Below are positions 11,720 to 26,787 of a stretch of 60,324 nucleotides of DNA, piece after piece. Positions within the stretch are counted from its first letter, which is position 1, and every line of letters begins with the position of its first letter. Source of the DNA: Bigelowiella natans CCMP2755. Taxonomy: Eukaryota; Protista; Cercozoa. Both the position numbers and the translations under genes were made by a program. The stretch covers positions 1 through 60,324 of the forward strand of contig ADNK01002627.1 of assembly GCA_000320545.1 (NCBI GenBank). The letters run 5' to 3'. The notes below the pieces were generated by a model, which did not search any database, had not been told where the DNA came from, and was given only the letters and a program-made list of their open reading frames with translations.

Positions 11720-14700
11720 ATGGCTTCCGACGTGCGACCTTTCCCCGCTATGGCAGTCGCCATCATATCCTTTCTACTATCCTTCCAGCCATGCAAGACC
11801 TTCTCAATAAGAAGTGACAATAAGGTGAAGATCGAGTATGGGTTTGTTTGCTTCAAGAGATATGATTATGAGCTGTAATTCTGTTTGTTCCACAGATGCA
11901 GATGTTTGCGACCCCCCCTTTGCACGTGAGGCAGCTTCGAAATAGTAGTCAGCACCATAGCTTAGTCGGAGCAGGTGTTGGGGCTAGTTCTGCTTCCACA
12001 ATAAATCAAAATGATAGCGTTGCAGGCAAAGCTAAAGGCGCAGATGGAAATGATAAGTCAGAGAAGGTAATTAGTTACTGCCCAGCTTCTTCTTTTACGG
12101 ATTTCTATCTCGCAGTATATACATTATAACTTATTGTCCCTATCATTTCTTGGTTTGAAAGAAGAGCTAATATCTGCCGCACTACTGGTGTTTGTAGGAG
12201 CAAGTCGCAAAAATTGCGTTTTTCCACATGGTTCTCTATCCAACCAGGGCCAAAGACGATAAGCAGGTGCTGCTGGTGATGGTTCAAACTGTGTTTTGAT
12301 AAATAATGGCAAGGGAGAGATAATGAGAAATGGGGGGGGGGGGGGGGGAGCATTCTTTTTGAGCACACACTATACAAGATCCTTAACTTACAACGGATTC
12401 TTCGTCCTTATTATTAGCTGGAAGATCGTTACTTGGGAAATCTCAATGCAGTGCTCGAGACGCTTAGTCCAAACATCTTTTACATGTAGTCTTTTCTTAG
12501 AATGATTAGTAACGATTGGCACTGTTTTCGATTTCCCTGGGGAACTGGAAAACCTGACGATGGTTGGGTGCTGCATGCACGCTAGTAGTAGCAAGTACAG
12601 ATAAGGGAGGTGCCAGAATGTAATGGCGAAAACAATACTTCGTGAGTTTGTAATATCCATGCTCTCACTGACACCGCTAAATAAGTCAGACATTATTCCA
12701 ACCGATCACAGTGGTGACTTATCACATGCAGCTATGAGATGCAAGAAGGCACAACAACCTGCATAATCTTCTGCCCTATTTCATCAGCAGAGCATCATTA
12801 CATTCATACAAATCTCACCACCACAAATATATACCCCCTCCTCCCTCCCCCCTCTTCCTCCCCCTGTAGGTTTAGTGTGGTTGGAGTTGATTCTATGATG
12901 ACGGTTGAGCCGCTCTTAAAGGCCAAGTTAGAGACTTATGGTCCTGAGCGTCTCTCGTACTCACTCACGGTAAGTTATCTCGCAAATAGATCAAACCTCT
13001 TCGCATGAAGCATAATAAATAATGATAACAATATTCACGATGGTAGTTTTGGTGATAGCGGATACAGGTTGCTATGATGATTATAGTTATGTATTTGGCC
13101 TGTATTTCGTATAATTCGAGCGTGTTTTTCCCAAACACCATCCTCATATGCCGTTCTGCTTTCTCCCTCCCCCCCCCCCCTTCTCCCTCCACATTTTCCT
13201 AATGTTGTTATTTTGGTGTTGAGAGTTACCATTCTTTCGAACACGAGGTGGTAGTGAAGCCAATTCTGTTTCTGCAAATTATTCGTATAATATCATCAGG
13301 ATGAGAGCGTGGCAGGGGACCTGTGCATGCACAAGGTGCGGTTTTTGGAAAGCACGCTGCTGCTGTTATCAATCTACATGATGATATATTGCTGGAAGGC
13401 ATCAAAACTAAGTATTGAGCTAAAGTATTTCTGCTTGAACAGAACGCTTTAGAACGAATGGGGGACGATCACATACGCGACGAGGTCGCTTATCGTCATT
13501 CAACCAAATAACATTTTGTCGTGTATTAGTGGAAATATATGCTTCGATATTCTCCTCTTTGTCTCCTATCATACGAGGCGTTCTACTACCGTGGACGTTG
13601 CCATTTGTTGTATTTCTTCATTGCTGTTTATATTTTTCTTCCTTCTATACTGCTGCCTTTGACAGAAGTACGATCTATTCGTATTTGGAAATGATGGTAT
13701 TAGGAATAGTAGTAGCAGTAACTATTAGAAGTAGTTGCAGGAACTATTAGAAGTAGTACTGGTAGTAAATACTAGTAGTTATGGTAGTAGTTATACCAGT
13801 AGTAGCAGTGGAGATTCCTCATTCCAGCGAAATACATGTCTTTTTCGTCTAAGTTTATCATTTCAACGGCGAACGTATTATCACTGAATACGAGCCGTTC
13901 CCATAGCCCGTCACGCACTCAACTGCGTACGAATATGGATACACATGGCCATATATAAGCAGTGCACAGCCCGTGCTCTGCTGTCGCTCTCCATTTTTTG
14001 CTGTTTGCTCTTGACACGACGACAATAACACCTCATTTCGATGTGGAAAATGATGCGTAAAACAGGTGTTGTCCCTGTCGGAATTGGGGCCGATGGAGAG
14101 TGGACAAATAGCTTTAGGCGGTTGCTTGCAAGGTCACTCGTAGCTTTCTGGCGTGATGATGATATTGGCGTGTTGAGAGAGGGGAGGGGGGGGGGGGTAA
14201 GGCGTCAAACGTTGCGATGAACATGGATAGAAAGAAGGAGAAGGAGGAGGAGGAGGAGGAGGAGGAGGAGGAGTTACTACATCCTTTGTGGATTACTCTT
14301 CATTTAGCTGTCATCATTATCATCATCTTCATTTCCTTCTCTGCTCCTTTTTCTTCTTCTTCTTCTTCTTCTTCTTCTTCTTCTTCTTCTCCATTTGCAA
14401 TACACAGCCAAGATGTCGTACTGGCTGGCCCCCTCATATCATGCGGTATGTCGTTCATACGATAGCCAACAAGTATCACCCAATCAAACCTGCGGTTCTT
14501 TGGGGACTATATAAACGCATTTCTTTCATTCATTCACCGTACTCGGTTTGAATCCGCAATATGATTCATACCACAGATGATTTCCCCTGTTTTATCCTGC
14601 TGTCTCGAGTTCTTCTATTTTCTACAATTTCACAATCAATGATAGATATAGACTCGATTTCCACCGACGCCCTAGCAACGTGGTGTGCGCTCGTTATTCG

Positions 14701-15133
14701 TTTATCTTTTCTTTTTTTTCATAATTATTATTCTGTTTCCTTTCAAGTGCAAATAGCGACGATGTCTAATCATGCCTCTCTCACGCTGCTATACTCCTTC
14801 CTTTTCCAGGTGCTATGAGTCCTCATGTTCAGTCGCATCTCTTCGCAATAAACAAAGAAGGTCAATGTTGCGGCGATAGCGGCTTTTAGGCGTGATGGGT
14901 TTTGCTAGTTATTGGTCTTTAGCACTGTTTGCTGCATTATAGCTAATTTGATAGTGATGTTGTTGTTGTTGATGATGATGATGATAGTAATGATGATAAT
15001 GACGATAAGGTATTCAATTCCTTCGCAATCGAAAATGCTATACGAGTGGCAATACGCCGCATGAGAAGGTAATTTATTTGTCAGTTATTTCACTAGATTG
15101 CATATAGTTTAAAACACACGTACTCAAACGTAC

Positions 15134-15165
<32 letters not shown>

Positions 15166-16707
15166 CTATCATCACTATATTGTCCCTTACTGCAAACACG
15201 CTACAAATACTACTACTACTAATAATAATAATAATAATAATCACAATAATTGATTCCAAAGCTCGTTTGGGAGGAAATACGAATGTCCGTTGAAGTATTG
15301 CAAGGTATGCTTCATATCTACATTACATAGCAGAAGAACTAGAAAGACGAGAAGTAGAAGTAGTACCAGTAGACATGGCCAAAGTAGTAGTTGTAGTAAT
15401 AGTAGTAGTAGTAGCAGTAGCAAAGGACGGGGAGGTGGAGGAGGAGGAGGAGGAGGAGGAGGATAGACGTGAAATCATCGTTTCTTTCATCGTTTCTTAT
15501 ATCTTTCTCACCCTTTCTCTCCTCCTTCGCCGACCGATTGGCCTTTGTTTGACCCACCAGCTGGAAAGCAGATTGCTTCTCTGCAGAGCGAGTGAGTTGG
15601 AGAGTAGTGTTAATAGCATCGTTCTCCTTGTTGGGAAAGAGCTTGGAGAGGAGGGGGAGAATTACGATGATGATGATGACGATGACGATAATGATGATGA
15701 TGATGGAATAGTTAAAACTAGATAATATTAACTCTTAGCTGGGATAAAATTCATTACTAGCCATGTGAATGACCGAAAATCATATGTAATATCCATCATC
15801 ATTATAATTCTGTCAATATCGTCATCATCATCTAATCATCGTCACCACAACCATCCTTGCTCCCCCCCCCCCCTCCCCCTCCAAGATACGCTGGATCTTC
15901 CTTCCATATTCCGTCATGGGCATCTCTTCAGGAAGGCGTCGATTTGCGAGTCGCTCCGCAAGGTAACAGCTCAAAATGGATTGATGTAGAAATGGCAAAA
16001 AAGAACTCTGGAAATATCAGTCGCGTATCATAACGATAATGTTCTCGTGTGAAAATCCTTATTGCATATGTGCTACTTGCAACCTCGTCGTTGGGGGCTG
16101 TTTTCTTGAGACGGTATTGGATTCTATATCCATGATCTAACTGCCCTTTTCGCATTTAGGCGCTTTGCCTGAGCTGCCCTGCAGGGACTTTGGTAATGTA
16201 TGGATGCTGCCAAATATAATAATTACATGTAAATAATAAATGTGTGCGTGTGTGTGTGTGTGTGTATGTGAATGTGTGTGGTTGGAGATGTTAATTTCAA
16301 TAAAACCAAGTGCGGGCACGTCTCAAATACACAAGAGATCATAGTCATTGAAGAAGAACATCCGCATAGAAAAGGATGAGCTCCAAACCTATTATGATTC
16401 GACTGTTACTGCGCTGATTACTGCTGCTGTTGTTTTGCACTATGCACACGGTATTTGTCTCTAGGAAACCCAAGCACGTGCCTCGCAGGTGGTGACGATA
16501 GCAGCCATAACATGGCTACTACTACTAGTAGTTGCAAACAATCACTAGCAATGCCTTTCGCTGTTTCCATGATGATTCCTACTTCTTAAGCTAATTATTT
16601 TATCTACGGCTACTACTAGTATAACGTACACTGCTGCTGTATAAATGGGAGGGGGAGGGGTAAAAGAAAGTAGTGAATATCAAAACTACTCCCTTGTGAT
16701 TTTATCT

Positions 16708-16754
<47 letters not shown>

Positions 16755-16895
16755 CTTCAAGATAACGTTTACTTTATGTGTGTCTGCCTCTCTCCCGACC
16801 CCCTCGTTCTGCACAATACCAAAGGCAATCCGGAACGTCTCCATTTCCTAAAATGGGGAGGCGAGTTGTTCAAGAGAGACCTACTGCCGAAGTGA
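11720..16895 (+). CDS. Multi-exon hypothetical protein with signal peptide
   Basis: First exon MASDVRPFPAMAVAIISFLLSFQPCKTF followed by a GT donor, then short AG/GT-bounded exon-like blocks (11896-12067, 12870-12968, 14408-14537). Family not recognised. Confidence 0.5.
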
Positions 16896-17199
16896 TGTTT
16901 TTATAAGAGTTACGCCAGCGGCGCACGCTACGATGTATAGCTTTCCGTCTTAGCGTTTTGTGTGGAACAGCAACATACTAAAAAACATAATTCACGTCGC
17001 GAATTCTTCAATGTACTGTCGTTTTTTTCTAGAGGACACTGTGCATTCGATTGTATCGTGTCTGCTTCGATGAGACAGCATCAGAATTTATATCTTTTTA
17101 CAGGTGTGTTGGGCTGGGATCTTATGGGAAAGTTCATAACACAAGGCCATATTGTCAACCCCGGTATATCTGCGTTTTTTGTTCGGTGAAACATCAAGA

Positions 17200-18250
17200 A
17201 TTGGTGCATCTATAGGCGCACAACCACACTAACAAAGACCAGTGTCGCGCATGCATGCTTTTGCACGAGCATGATTGCATTTGCAATTTGCAACTAAGTG
17301 TCTGCTTCGCAGGTTTTCCCCCGGCGAACGGGACGCGCAAGGAGTTTCCTGTCCTAGATCCATTCAAATCTAATCCGTCATTGAAGAGTTTCATCGCCTC
17401 GATCCCGCTGTCGCATGCCGGAATGCATTGGCAGTTGGATGCATCAAATGATCCTTTGTGTGTCACTTTAAAATGGACATGCGTGCGCACAAACGTGTCT
17501 GTGATAGTTGTGATGCGAGAATGTCATGTGAGGCCATGTTTGATGCTTGGTGTGATTCATACATCGGCAAGTCTGAATTGTGCACGCGAGTTAGTGATGG
17601 GCAAGCTGACTAGCTGGGGTGCGTCCTCATTTCACGTTGCAATTCACCAACAATGTGCTCACCATGCATGTTGGTTTGCGTGCCAGCGTGCAGTATGCCT
17701 TGAGCAAGCGATTGCACACGCGCGACGTCGCGCTATATAGCTAGGTCAGACGACGCTAACAGCGCAGCTTTTCAACAGACGACTTGTCCAGCTAGATCGG
17801 CCCCGTCTAGCCGTGCCGAGCGGTTGGTGTTTTTGTGCACGCTGTGGCGCTGCATCATCTGGTCTGTTCATGCAGTGAGCATGCTCGCATTGCACTTCGT
17901 TGCGGCGCATTGCGTCAACGCATTGACGTTTTTGCAAATGCACGCAGCAGCTTCAAACGTGCACATAATATGCCACCTGCGATGCGCATCTCCAGGATGG
18001 TGTAGCGCAACAACTGCCGTTGTACCTGGCTAAAGCATGCAAGAAAATCAATGATGCTACTCGAAATAACAACGCTCCGAAGTTGGACAACAAACTGCAC
18101 ATCCGGCGACTGATGGCATCGTACATCTAACTTGTGCTGCATCAAAACCCATGTCCGCTAGCTTCAATTGCCTCCCAACGAATGCGCATTCCGAATGAAG
18201 AAAAATGGCAGTTGAATATGGCATTGTTCTCACATCTTGGTAAAGCAATA
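17200..18250. other. TpA-depleted, TG/CA-rich island between convergent gene ends
   Basis: TA scarce, CTAG retained, spurious Cys/His/Met-rich ORFs on both strands. Confidence 0.75.
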
Positions 18251-18342
18251 GCTAACTCGGACTACATTCAAAACACAAAAGAGAGAGGGCGAGAGAGCAC
18301 ACACGACTGCATTCCGCCGAGTTGTACCGAGGGCTTAAAAAT

Positions 18343-18779
18343 TTATTTCTGGACTCGCGGTCGGCGATTGGGGGGGGGCTGGTCCAACGATGGTGATTGT
18401 GGGGGATGTAGTAGGGAGGATTTCACTTGTTGGGCTTGTTGCATCGGAGGGAGAAGTCACAGGGAATGATGAGGGAGTTGAAGGTGATTCTACTGTTGGT
18501 GAAGAAGCTGTTGGGACTACAATGGCCGTTGGAGAAATAGACTAAATACCACAGAATATGATAGTTAGTCGGTTATGCTTTCAAAGAGCCAGTGCTGTCT
18601 CACTGGCTAAATACAATGTTCTGCAGCGCAGAAAAGGTATGTATGAAAATGATTCATCTTCGAAAGTGATATCGAGATCAATAAAAAGTGATAAAATCAA
18701 TGAAAAAATTGATAAATAAATATATACATATATACATATACATATGTATACATTTGCTCTTGTGTCTCATCAACGATGT

Positions 18780-18812
<33 letters not shown>

Positions 18813-19452
18813 CGATGGCATGAGCACTTGGACAGCAGGGTTGCCGGTGCTTAGAGAAGGCGTAGCTGCGGAATGAAAGTCAATGAGTCAATTATTTATC
18901 TAGTCTTTGTTTCCCTTCTTATTTAAGTAACGACGAGGATAGATTGGAAAAAGTAATCGGTGCATTGGATCTGATGATTTGCGAATTTGGAGGAAAACTC
19001 TTGCTCATGTTATCAGCCGTGCTAGCTAGTGCACAGTTTTGATAGTCAATGGTGTAGTATCAATAGAAGCACTTGTTGGCGTTGTAGTAGACTGCTGCTT
19101 GCACGCACAGTCGTAATCACAATTTCCCGTAGGAACCTGTTGGAATGAGTATTGCACATTTTCAATACATTGAAATAAGAGTACGGCAATTGGTACAAGC
19201 AAACCGCATGGCGATGAGCGTATTTGCGCAACACGCATATCATGCAAACTGAATACAAGGCGTCATGCGCATTACGTTGTCAGCTTTGAAAGTAGCGCCA
19301 ACATCGTGATTATGGTAGCAGTTGGCTGGCCCGTCGTCCGATCGAACGGTCACCTGGAGGAGTGTAATTCATGCAACATTTAAATTGCTACATCTTGTTT
19401 ACGCAGAGGGGGAAATATAGAGAACTATACTAGGCAAGAGCGTATGTGTGGG

Positions 19453-19493
<41 letters not shown>

Positions 19494-19886
19494 GAAAGAA
19501 AGAGGAGGGAGGGATATAGTATGAAATAAATATTACATTCTTGGATTCCCAGTTTAGAGTATGTGCGGCAAGAACGCACTCTTCATAACTCTGTATTTCG
19601 TTAAGATCGGCCTCCTGGCAGCCAACCTCAAAGTTATTCACCTTTATAGGCACAGAGCACAACATTACAAAGTCAGTAAATCCTTTGAAGTTTCAGGTTA
19701 TAATCCAACACATACGCGCACACGCACGCCATGCACATATTGATGTGCATGTTCACCTATGTATGTTAGTTTGTATCAAAGGTATACATATAACCAAACC
19801 TCGATGAAATTTGCAAGTGAGGACGGGGCTAAAATGACGAGCAAAGTGCAAAGGAGGAGGCCGAATCTTCCCCAAAGCGGCTCCAT
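18343..19886 (-). CDS. Secreted protein with Cys-rich N-terminus and Ser/Thr/Pro-rich mucin-like tail
   Basis: Exons MEPLWGRFGLLLCTLLVILAPSSLANFIE / VNNFEVGCQEADLNEIQSYEECVLAAH / GPANCYHN / GNCDYDCACK / SPTAIVVPTASSPT...RVQK*, with GT-AG boundaries. Confidence 0.75.
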
Positions 19887-20741
19887 TCTTGTTGAGAATT
19901 TGTCCGATTCAAGAGGCGGTTAGCTCTGACCTAAGGATGATTGTATTTGAAGCTTTTAAACCAAGTTTTTGCAGTTTGGTAAATTACAGCGTCGCCTTCG
20001 TAACATAATGTTTTACGGGGGGGGGCGGGCACCTTCTACCGGAGCAGGTGAAAAGTTCTACATATTTCTATGATGTTTCTGGGATAAAAATTGTCGAAAT
20101 GATAAACTTATGCTTCTTCTCTTGAAAGGGAACATAAACAGTAAATGATTATTTTAATTGTTATACTTCTATGATGTTTTACAGATAAAAAAGGATCTAA
20201 ACGACGACCATCGTTTGGATGGTGATCACGACGACACGTTACGTTTGCGGTTATGCGATTGTTGTAGCTTTTATCGAAATTGACGGCTTTTCATACATAA
20301 ATGAGGAGAACATGTTGTCGTTTCCCATAAATGATGGAAATAGTGTGACAATGATAAAGAATTACATGTCGCAAGCTGAAAACACATCCGAATTGCGGAG
20401 AGGCCAGCTTCTCAAACTTTAATTTATCTTCAAGGAGAGAGCAATCTTCGTTCAGAGGGAATATCTTGCGATCTGTATTGGGATTTTTAGGCCATAATTA
20501 TCGTGTCGTTCGTAAATAATGGATTCTAAATTAGACATTTCAATAAATACATTGCCCAATTTCTTCAAGATTTAAATCTAAAAATCAAAAAGGTCCCGGA
20601 CTTTGCCTCGTGCCCCCACCCTTCCGAGCACCTTCCGAGATTTTTGTGAAAAAAACACTTTTCCCATTGCAATTGCTGCGAGTCGCTCGCATCATATCAG
20701 TAAAACATAGAGCAAAATACTTAGGGAGGAGAGAGGAAACA

Positions 20742-21311
20742 ATGCTAAGTCGTTCATCGAAAGTTGCAGCTAGGAGCCTATCGAAGCGTGCGTTGTACTT
20801 CTCCACTGAGCAAGTGGGGGGGTGGCGCAAGACGCTTGCCAGCGGCTACGAGATGCCTGTCTTTGCTTTGGGAACGTGGAAGGCAAAAGCAGGTCGCAAG
20901 ATATTAGAATCAATAGTTTGGTGAGACATCCCATCAAAAGCAACATTTGCTCGATAGGCCTATGCGAAGACACGTGTGATGAACTTCGATTAGATTTATA
21001 CAGAACCATCTTATACAACCATTGCTTTCGAATCCCTCCTGCTGCTCTCGGTTGAAATCATTCTTACTTAGACGTGTTAAAATGTGTCTCAGGCCTCACA
21101 GGAGCAGCAGTAGAAACAGCTATCAAGGCGGGATACCGCAACATTGACACCGCCAACGACTACAACAACGAGGCTGAAATCGGAGAGACTCTGAAAAAGG
21201 TTTTGAAAATTAACATAAGGAAATGAAACAAATGACTATGTTAAAATTGACAGGAGCGTGTTTGTTAGTTCTCGACGCTCTCGCACTCACTTACTCCCTG
21301 CTACGCTCTTT

Positions 21312-21348
<37 letters not shown>

Positions 21349-21668
21349 AGGATATTGACAAGAATAACAACAGACGACGTCATAAGAGTCTCCTTATATG
21401 TAAAAATGCTCGTTCTCACTTATAAACCTACTTCGAAAGGTGTTTGAGGAGAAAATCGTGAGCCGAGACGAGCTGTTCGTACAATCAAAACTGTGGAACT
21501 CCAACCATCGTCCCGAGCATGTATGGCTTTCTTTTATGCGTGTGTGGGGGTGGATGGACGTGTTTGTATACATTTTACTTACATTTATTTCGTCATTTCT
21601 CGATGATGTGCTATCATTTTGAGTGGTTCTTGTGTGCAGTTATTATTCACCTCAATACATGTTACACA

Positions 21669-21734
<66 letters not shown>

Positions 21735-22030
21735 GAGAGAGGTGTGAATATTTTCTCTAGGTGAAAGGCGGAGGCATCTTACTCACGTTCGCATACTAAT
21801 ATGTCAAAATATGTATTTTCTATGTTTTATGGGGTATTAAGGTTGAGGCAGATCTTGACCAGACGCTCACCGATTTGCAGCTTGACTACGTCGATATGTA
21901 CGCTCTTACCCCATTTACCTCGAAACACAAGCATATTCGTTAATACACAAATTTGGCTACACAAGAAGTAGGGTGGATGATTTTCAGATATGCATACCAC
22001 AGACAAACACACAGTTCTCTCTCTCTCAAT

Positions 22031-22113
<83 letters not shown>

Positions 22114-22641
22114 GTGTATGGTTATGGTTATGGTTATGGTTAAGCGTGGCCGTTTCTGACGTAATTCATGCATATTGCACTATAAAAATGCAGGTACATG
22201 ATTCACTGGCCACAGGCTGCTCCGGCGACAGGGAAACAAGTAATTATGAGCGAATTTAAGCAATTATGAGCGAATTTAACCAACTTGATGCTGGGTGGAT
22301 TGATGCTACGCAAACAACACATACGTTCCTACAAAGATAGAAGATAATATATGCATTACATATATATATATATATATATATATATACATGATGATTATCG
22401 ACTTCTTGCCAGTAGTATTATATCAATAGTTTACTCAAAAACTACCCCCTCCCTCCTAAAATCTGCACAATCATGTTAGGCCTCTACACGAGTGAATGGT
22501 GCTATTGCTGACCATTACTCTAAGAACCCGATGTTTCCCCTTGATGACGAGGTAGCTCGTAGTAGTCGAGAAAACGATGAAAATGATTATAGATTATAGA
22601 TAGTGATAGTAATTATAATACTCTTGAAACATTTATATATC

Positions 22642-22681
<40 letters not shown>

Positions 22682-22782
22682 CATAATAGTACTGTCTTTA
22701 TTTATATGCGTATATGTGTAAGTGAGTGCGTATGTTGATATCATGCTCACTAGTGTTCTATAGAGGCCACAGACGAACAAGC

Positions 22783-22820
<38 letters not shown>

Positions 22821-23465
22821 CACACGCTCAGGGCTACTACTGCGCGGACATGGATTCGCACTATGTCGAAACGTGGAAGAAGATGGAGGAGCTTGTCGAC
22901 AAGGGCAAGGTTTGTAGGAAAATCGGAAGTTGTGTACGGATGATGATGATGATGATGATGATGACGATGATGATGGCGCAAGAGAGGTAGCATACGATCG
23001 GAATCACGGTGTTGTATTACAATTAAAAAGTCTATATGCTAAGGGAGAGAGGGAAAGCGAGAAAGAAAAGAAGGATGAGAATTGTTGCGATCCCATATAT
23101 TATGTCATTTAATTGCACCGCAATATTTTGACACACATCTGAAATGAGCTCCATCATCCTTCTTTCCAACACCAGGTAAAGTCTATTGGAATCTCAAACT
23201 TCAACAAAGCACAGATCGAGGAAGTCGTCGCCATTGCACGGCACCCCGTGTCATTGCTTCAAAACGAATGCCACGTGTACCTGCAGCAGAAGGACCTTCT
23301 AGACCAGTGTAACTTCCGCAATATCGCTTTCCAGGCCTTCTCTTCTCTTGGGTGCGACAGCGTTTTTTCCTTCCTACAGCAGTCTTCGAGAGCATGCGTG
23401 GGATTTATGAGAAACACCATCACCACCACCCTCCTCACCACGCTACCATCCATATATTGAATATA

Positions 23466-23501
<36 letters not shown>

Positions 23502-24538
23502 TTGTTGAAGGTCCGGTGACACGAACTACGCATCGTACGCCTCCCCCACTGGAACGATTCCTCTCCGCGACGAGCACATTGCAAGCCTTGCCGGAAAATA
23601 CAACAAGACACCTGCCCAGATCATGCTAAGATGGGGTGTGCAGCGTGGCAGCTCGGTTGTATCGAAATCGATTACCCCTGAGCGGGTAAAAGAAGTATTA
23701 GATCGTATCAGCAGCAGTAGTAGTGCTAGTACTTGCCGTGGACCATTTGTCGTGTTAGATACACGTTTTTGCTCAAAAACTTGCGCAAAATGTTGTTTTG
23801 CTTGTGCTGGCTGAGCGGCATCATTGTTGCTCTCTGGCGAGGGTCGGTTTGTTGATAACTCCAATCAATCACAGGTCATTGCAAACTTTGACATCTGGGA
23901 TTTCGAGCTCTCTGACGAGGACATGAAAAGCTTTGACAAGATCAACGTTGGATGGAGGCATTTGTTGTGGGGAGAGGTAAATCAGCATGCTACCCATAGA
24001 TCTCGAGACGGCCATTTGTATTGTGAGTATCGGCGTGTGTCGAGCGAATATTCGATATAACTAAAGTCTGCTTAGCCATCAGATGTAGCACTATCCATTC
24101 AGGCTATCATCCTCATATTTCAATCAGCATCACCTCTTCTTATCATCATTACAATGATTATCATTGTTATCATCAGGTGTCGCACCACCCTGACTACCCC
24201 TTCAAAGATGAGCTTCCGTACGTGCAACAGCAAATAGAGATGCGAGTGTTTTGATTGCGTTTTGCATTGTGTGCTTTCATACACATACTACTACACAAAC
24301 ATTCTCCTCTAAGACATGATGGCAGATTATATATTGTTTTGACTCGTTTTTTTACACGATTTTTTGAGCGAGAGTGGGTTGGCCAGATACGCTTCATTTT
24401 CATTTGAAGCGGTTGTGTGGGGTGCAAGCACGGAGGGCCAATTAACTGATTTCAATTATTTTCCAATGCGTTTAAAGTTACGGATACCAGCTGGAGAAGT
24501 GCTCAAACTTTGCTCCTGGCCAAGGAAACATCGACTAA
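20742..24538 (+). CDS. Aldo/keto reductase (NADPH-dependent), ~12 exons, probable mitochondrial presequence
   Basis: LGTWKA, GYRNIDTANDYNNE, SKLWNSNHRPE, YMIHWP, VKSIGISNFN, QNECHVYLQQ and TPAQIMLRWGVQRG motifs. The Asp/Tyr/Lys/His catalytic tetrad is present. Arg/Ser-rich N-terminus. Confidence 0.95.
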
Positions 24539-24559
24539 TGAGAACAATGCTGCTGCACA

Positions 24560-25300
24560 AAGAGTATGAGATGTGGCCTTAGCCATAGTTGTTACATTGC
24601 TGTGAGTTCTGTTGCTCGTTATTCTGAGAATTCTAGTTTGGAATGGAGCGTCTCGCAATGCAATCAAATGCTTTGGTCGGATTTTGTGTGCACATGTCCA
24701 TTTGGAATTAAGAAAGTGTTAGCTTTGTTCAAAATGTCATGAATTCTCGTGTAATCACCCGTGAGGATGTTCCACACGATAATCTTTGCGCCGCTACTAC
24801 GTGCACTTATGCTGTGTTTTGAATTTGCATTTGAAATGGTGATGTTGATTTGGGATTTCGCAGTGTATTTCAATTTACATGGGTGTGGCGCGCGTAATTA
24901 ATCGCTGCAACTTGATGTGCACGATAGCTACATGCTAGCATGGCATGTGTGCTAGCGTGGCTGATGACCCACTTTATGATGAAAAAACTAAGTCGAAAAT
25001 TTGCAGGATCTGTAATTGAATCAACCCTGATGGTGCCTTGCTTTGGGCAGCAGTCTAGCATTGTGCATGCAAAGGCAATTTGGCGATGGGCAAATCAGCC
25101 GGCGCGGTTGAAAGCATGCAAAGCGAGCAAAACAAAAAAAAAAAACAGTGATGAAGAACTACGTGAACAAACAAACAAGCATGTACAAAAGGCCCCATTG
25201 CACAGCCACGGAGCTACGAGGATGGCCATTGAAGAAATTTAATTGATTACTCGAGCATTTAGTCACATCCCTGTCGACTTTCCTGTCATCGGTTGATTTC
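24560..25300. other. TpA-depleted island downstream of the AKR gene
   Basis: Reduced TA, enriched TG/CA and several CTAG; weaker than the other islands. Confidence 0.6.
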
Positions 25301-26055
25301 GTCTCTGGAGACTCGCTAGAGATTAGTCTGTACGGACGTTTTAAGATCAGAAAATAATTGAAGGATGTCGCTATACTAAAAGGGATTCCATTTTGTAGTT
25401 TTTGGATGCTCCTTTTCCAAATATACTTTTATCGAGAAAACATCCTGTGAAAAATGTCCAATCGTTCCCCAGAACCGAGCAGCTGTTTCCGAAGAGAAAC
25501 GCCCAACATAGAGCCGCTCCGATCGGTGCTGAGAACGAGAAGGGGGGGGGGGGGAGGGGGTTGGGGATTTGGAGGAACAAAATGTGTCAATTTCATTGTA
25601 AAATATTCGAAAAATATGCATTTTGTGCAAGCTCTCTTGCACTTCATTCACGCTTTAGAGTTATCATGAACGGCACCTTCGTCATTCGTGCTATTGGCAC
25701 ATCTAATCTGTTTTAACGTGCATTTGTTATGCAGGAAGCTATTCCATAGACTGCTATTATGAAGCTGCAAGAATAGCGCATCATTTTCCTTTGAAAAACA
25801 AGCTTTCATTCGAAAGAAGTGGCGAAAGGGGTAGAAGTCTTTGAAGGGATACGCGCCTGTGGAGAACACGAGCAGCCATGCTAAATAGAGTCCCTCCCAA
25901 CTCTCTGAAGAAATGGCGTGAAAATCGTAAAGCCAATAGGAAACTTCGGTCGAATTCCGATTTCTATAGCGGTATGGGGGAGAGAGGTTGGTGATCTAAA
26001 ATGCTTATGCTTTTATATGAGTAGCTTCTCTTACACACTTTCATATGCAGGAAAC

Positions 26056-26108
<53 letters not shown>

Positions 26109-26109
26109 G

Positions 26110-26171
<62 letters not shown>

Positions 26172-26279
26172 CGAGCGCAAACCATAACGTAACACGAATG
26201 ATAAATTTCAGATAATAAAGAGATTCGTAGTCCGGTTCGGAGCAAAAGCCCTGAACGGTTAAGAGATGCCCGAAGAAGA

Positions 26280-26745
26280 ATGAGGGGAGGCGCCCTCATT
26301 GAAGCCGACGATGACAGGTGGCGATGAATGCTTGATCGATACCGAAGATGAACATTACTTGATTCTATCTTTTTCCGGTAGCGTTCCAAGTCGTGGAGGC
26401 CTATCTAGACGCCGAAGAAGTCCTTCCTTGCCTTCCATCGAGCCCTCGTACTAACGAAGCACTAATACCAATCAGCGCGCATGCAAAAAGCCATTCAGGT
26501 AAGGTAATGTGTTTTGCTATCGATGATTAGTTCCGCCGGGGTTGCCGCAGCTTACAGATATTCGGCTCCGCTCGAGAATATCGGCCAGTCTGCTGCTAAG
26601 ATGAGCTACCCGCGAAGAACGGCAACGCCACCATACTCAAGCACCCCGCAAACAACAGCAGGTATAGAGCACTTTCAGCTTGGACTGATTAAACGAAAGA
26701 TGTTCAATTGAAAAAGATTTGTAATTACGCATTGTACTATACTAT

Positions 26746-26787
<42 letters not shown>

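Noticed and set aside
17194-18250. Cys/His/Met-rich ORFs in the islands (also 37413-38242 and 50251-50756)
   Set aside because: Expected by-product of TA loss, which removes TAA/TAG stops and Tyr codons; no recognisable domains.
22241-22280. 20-bp intronic tandem duplication (similar short arrays at 33236-33285 and 60213-60244)
   Set aside because: Ordinary slippage products.
25371-25720. Possible Helitron/MITE start (ctatactaaa...)
   Set aside because: No matching 3' hairpin, TIR or second copy found in the window.
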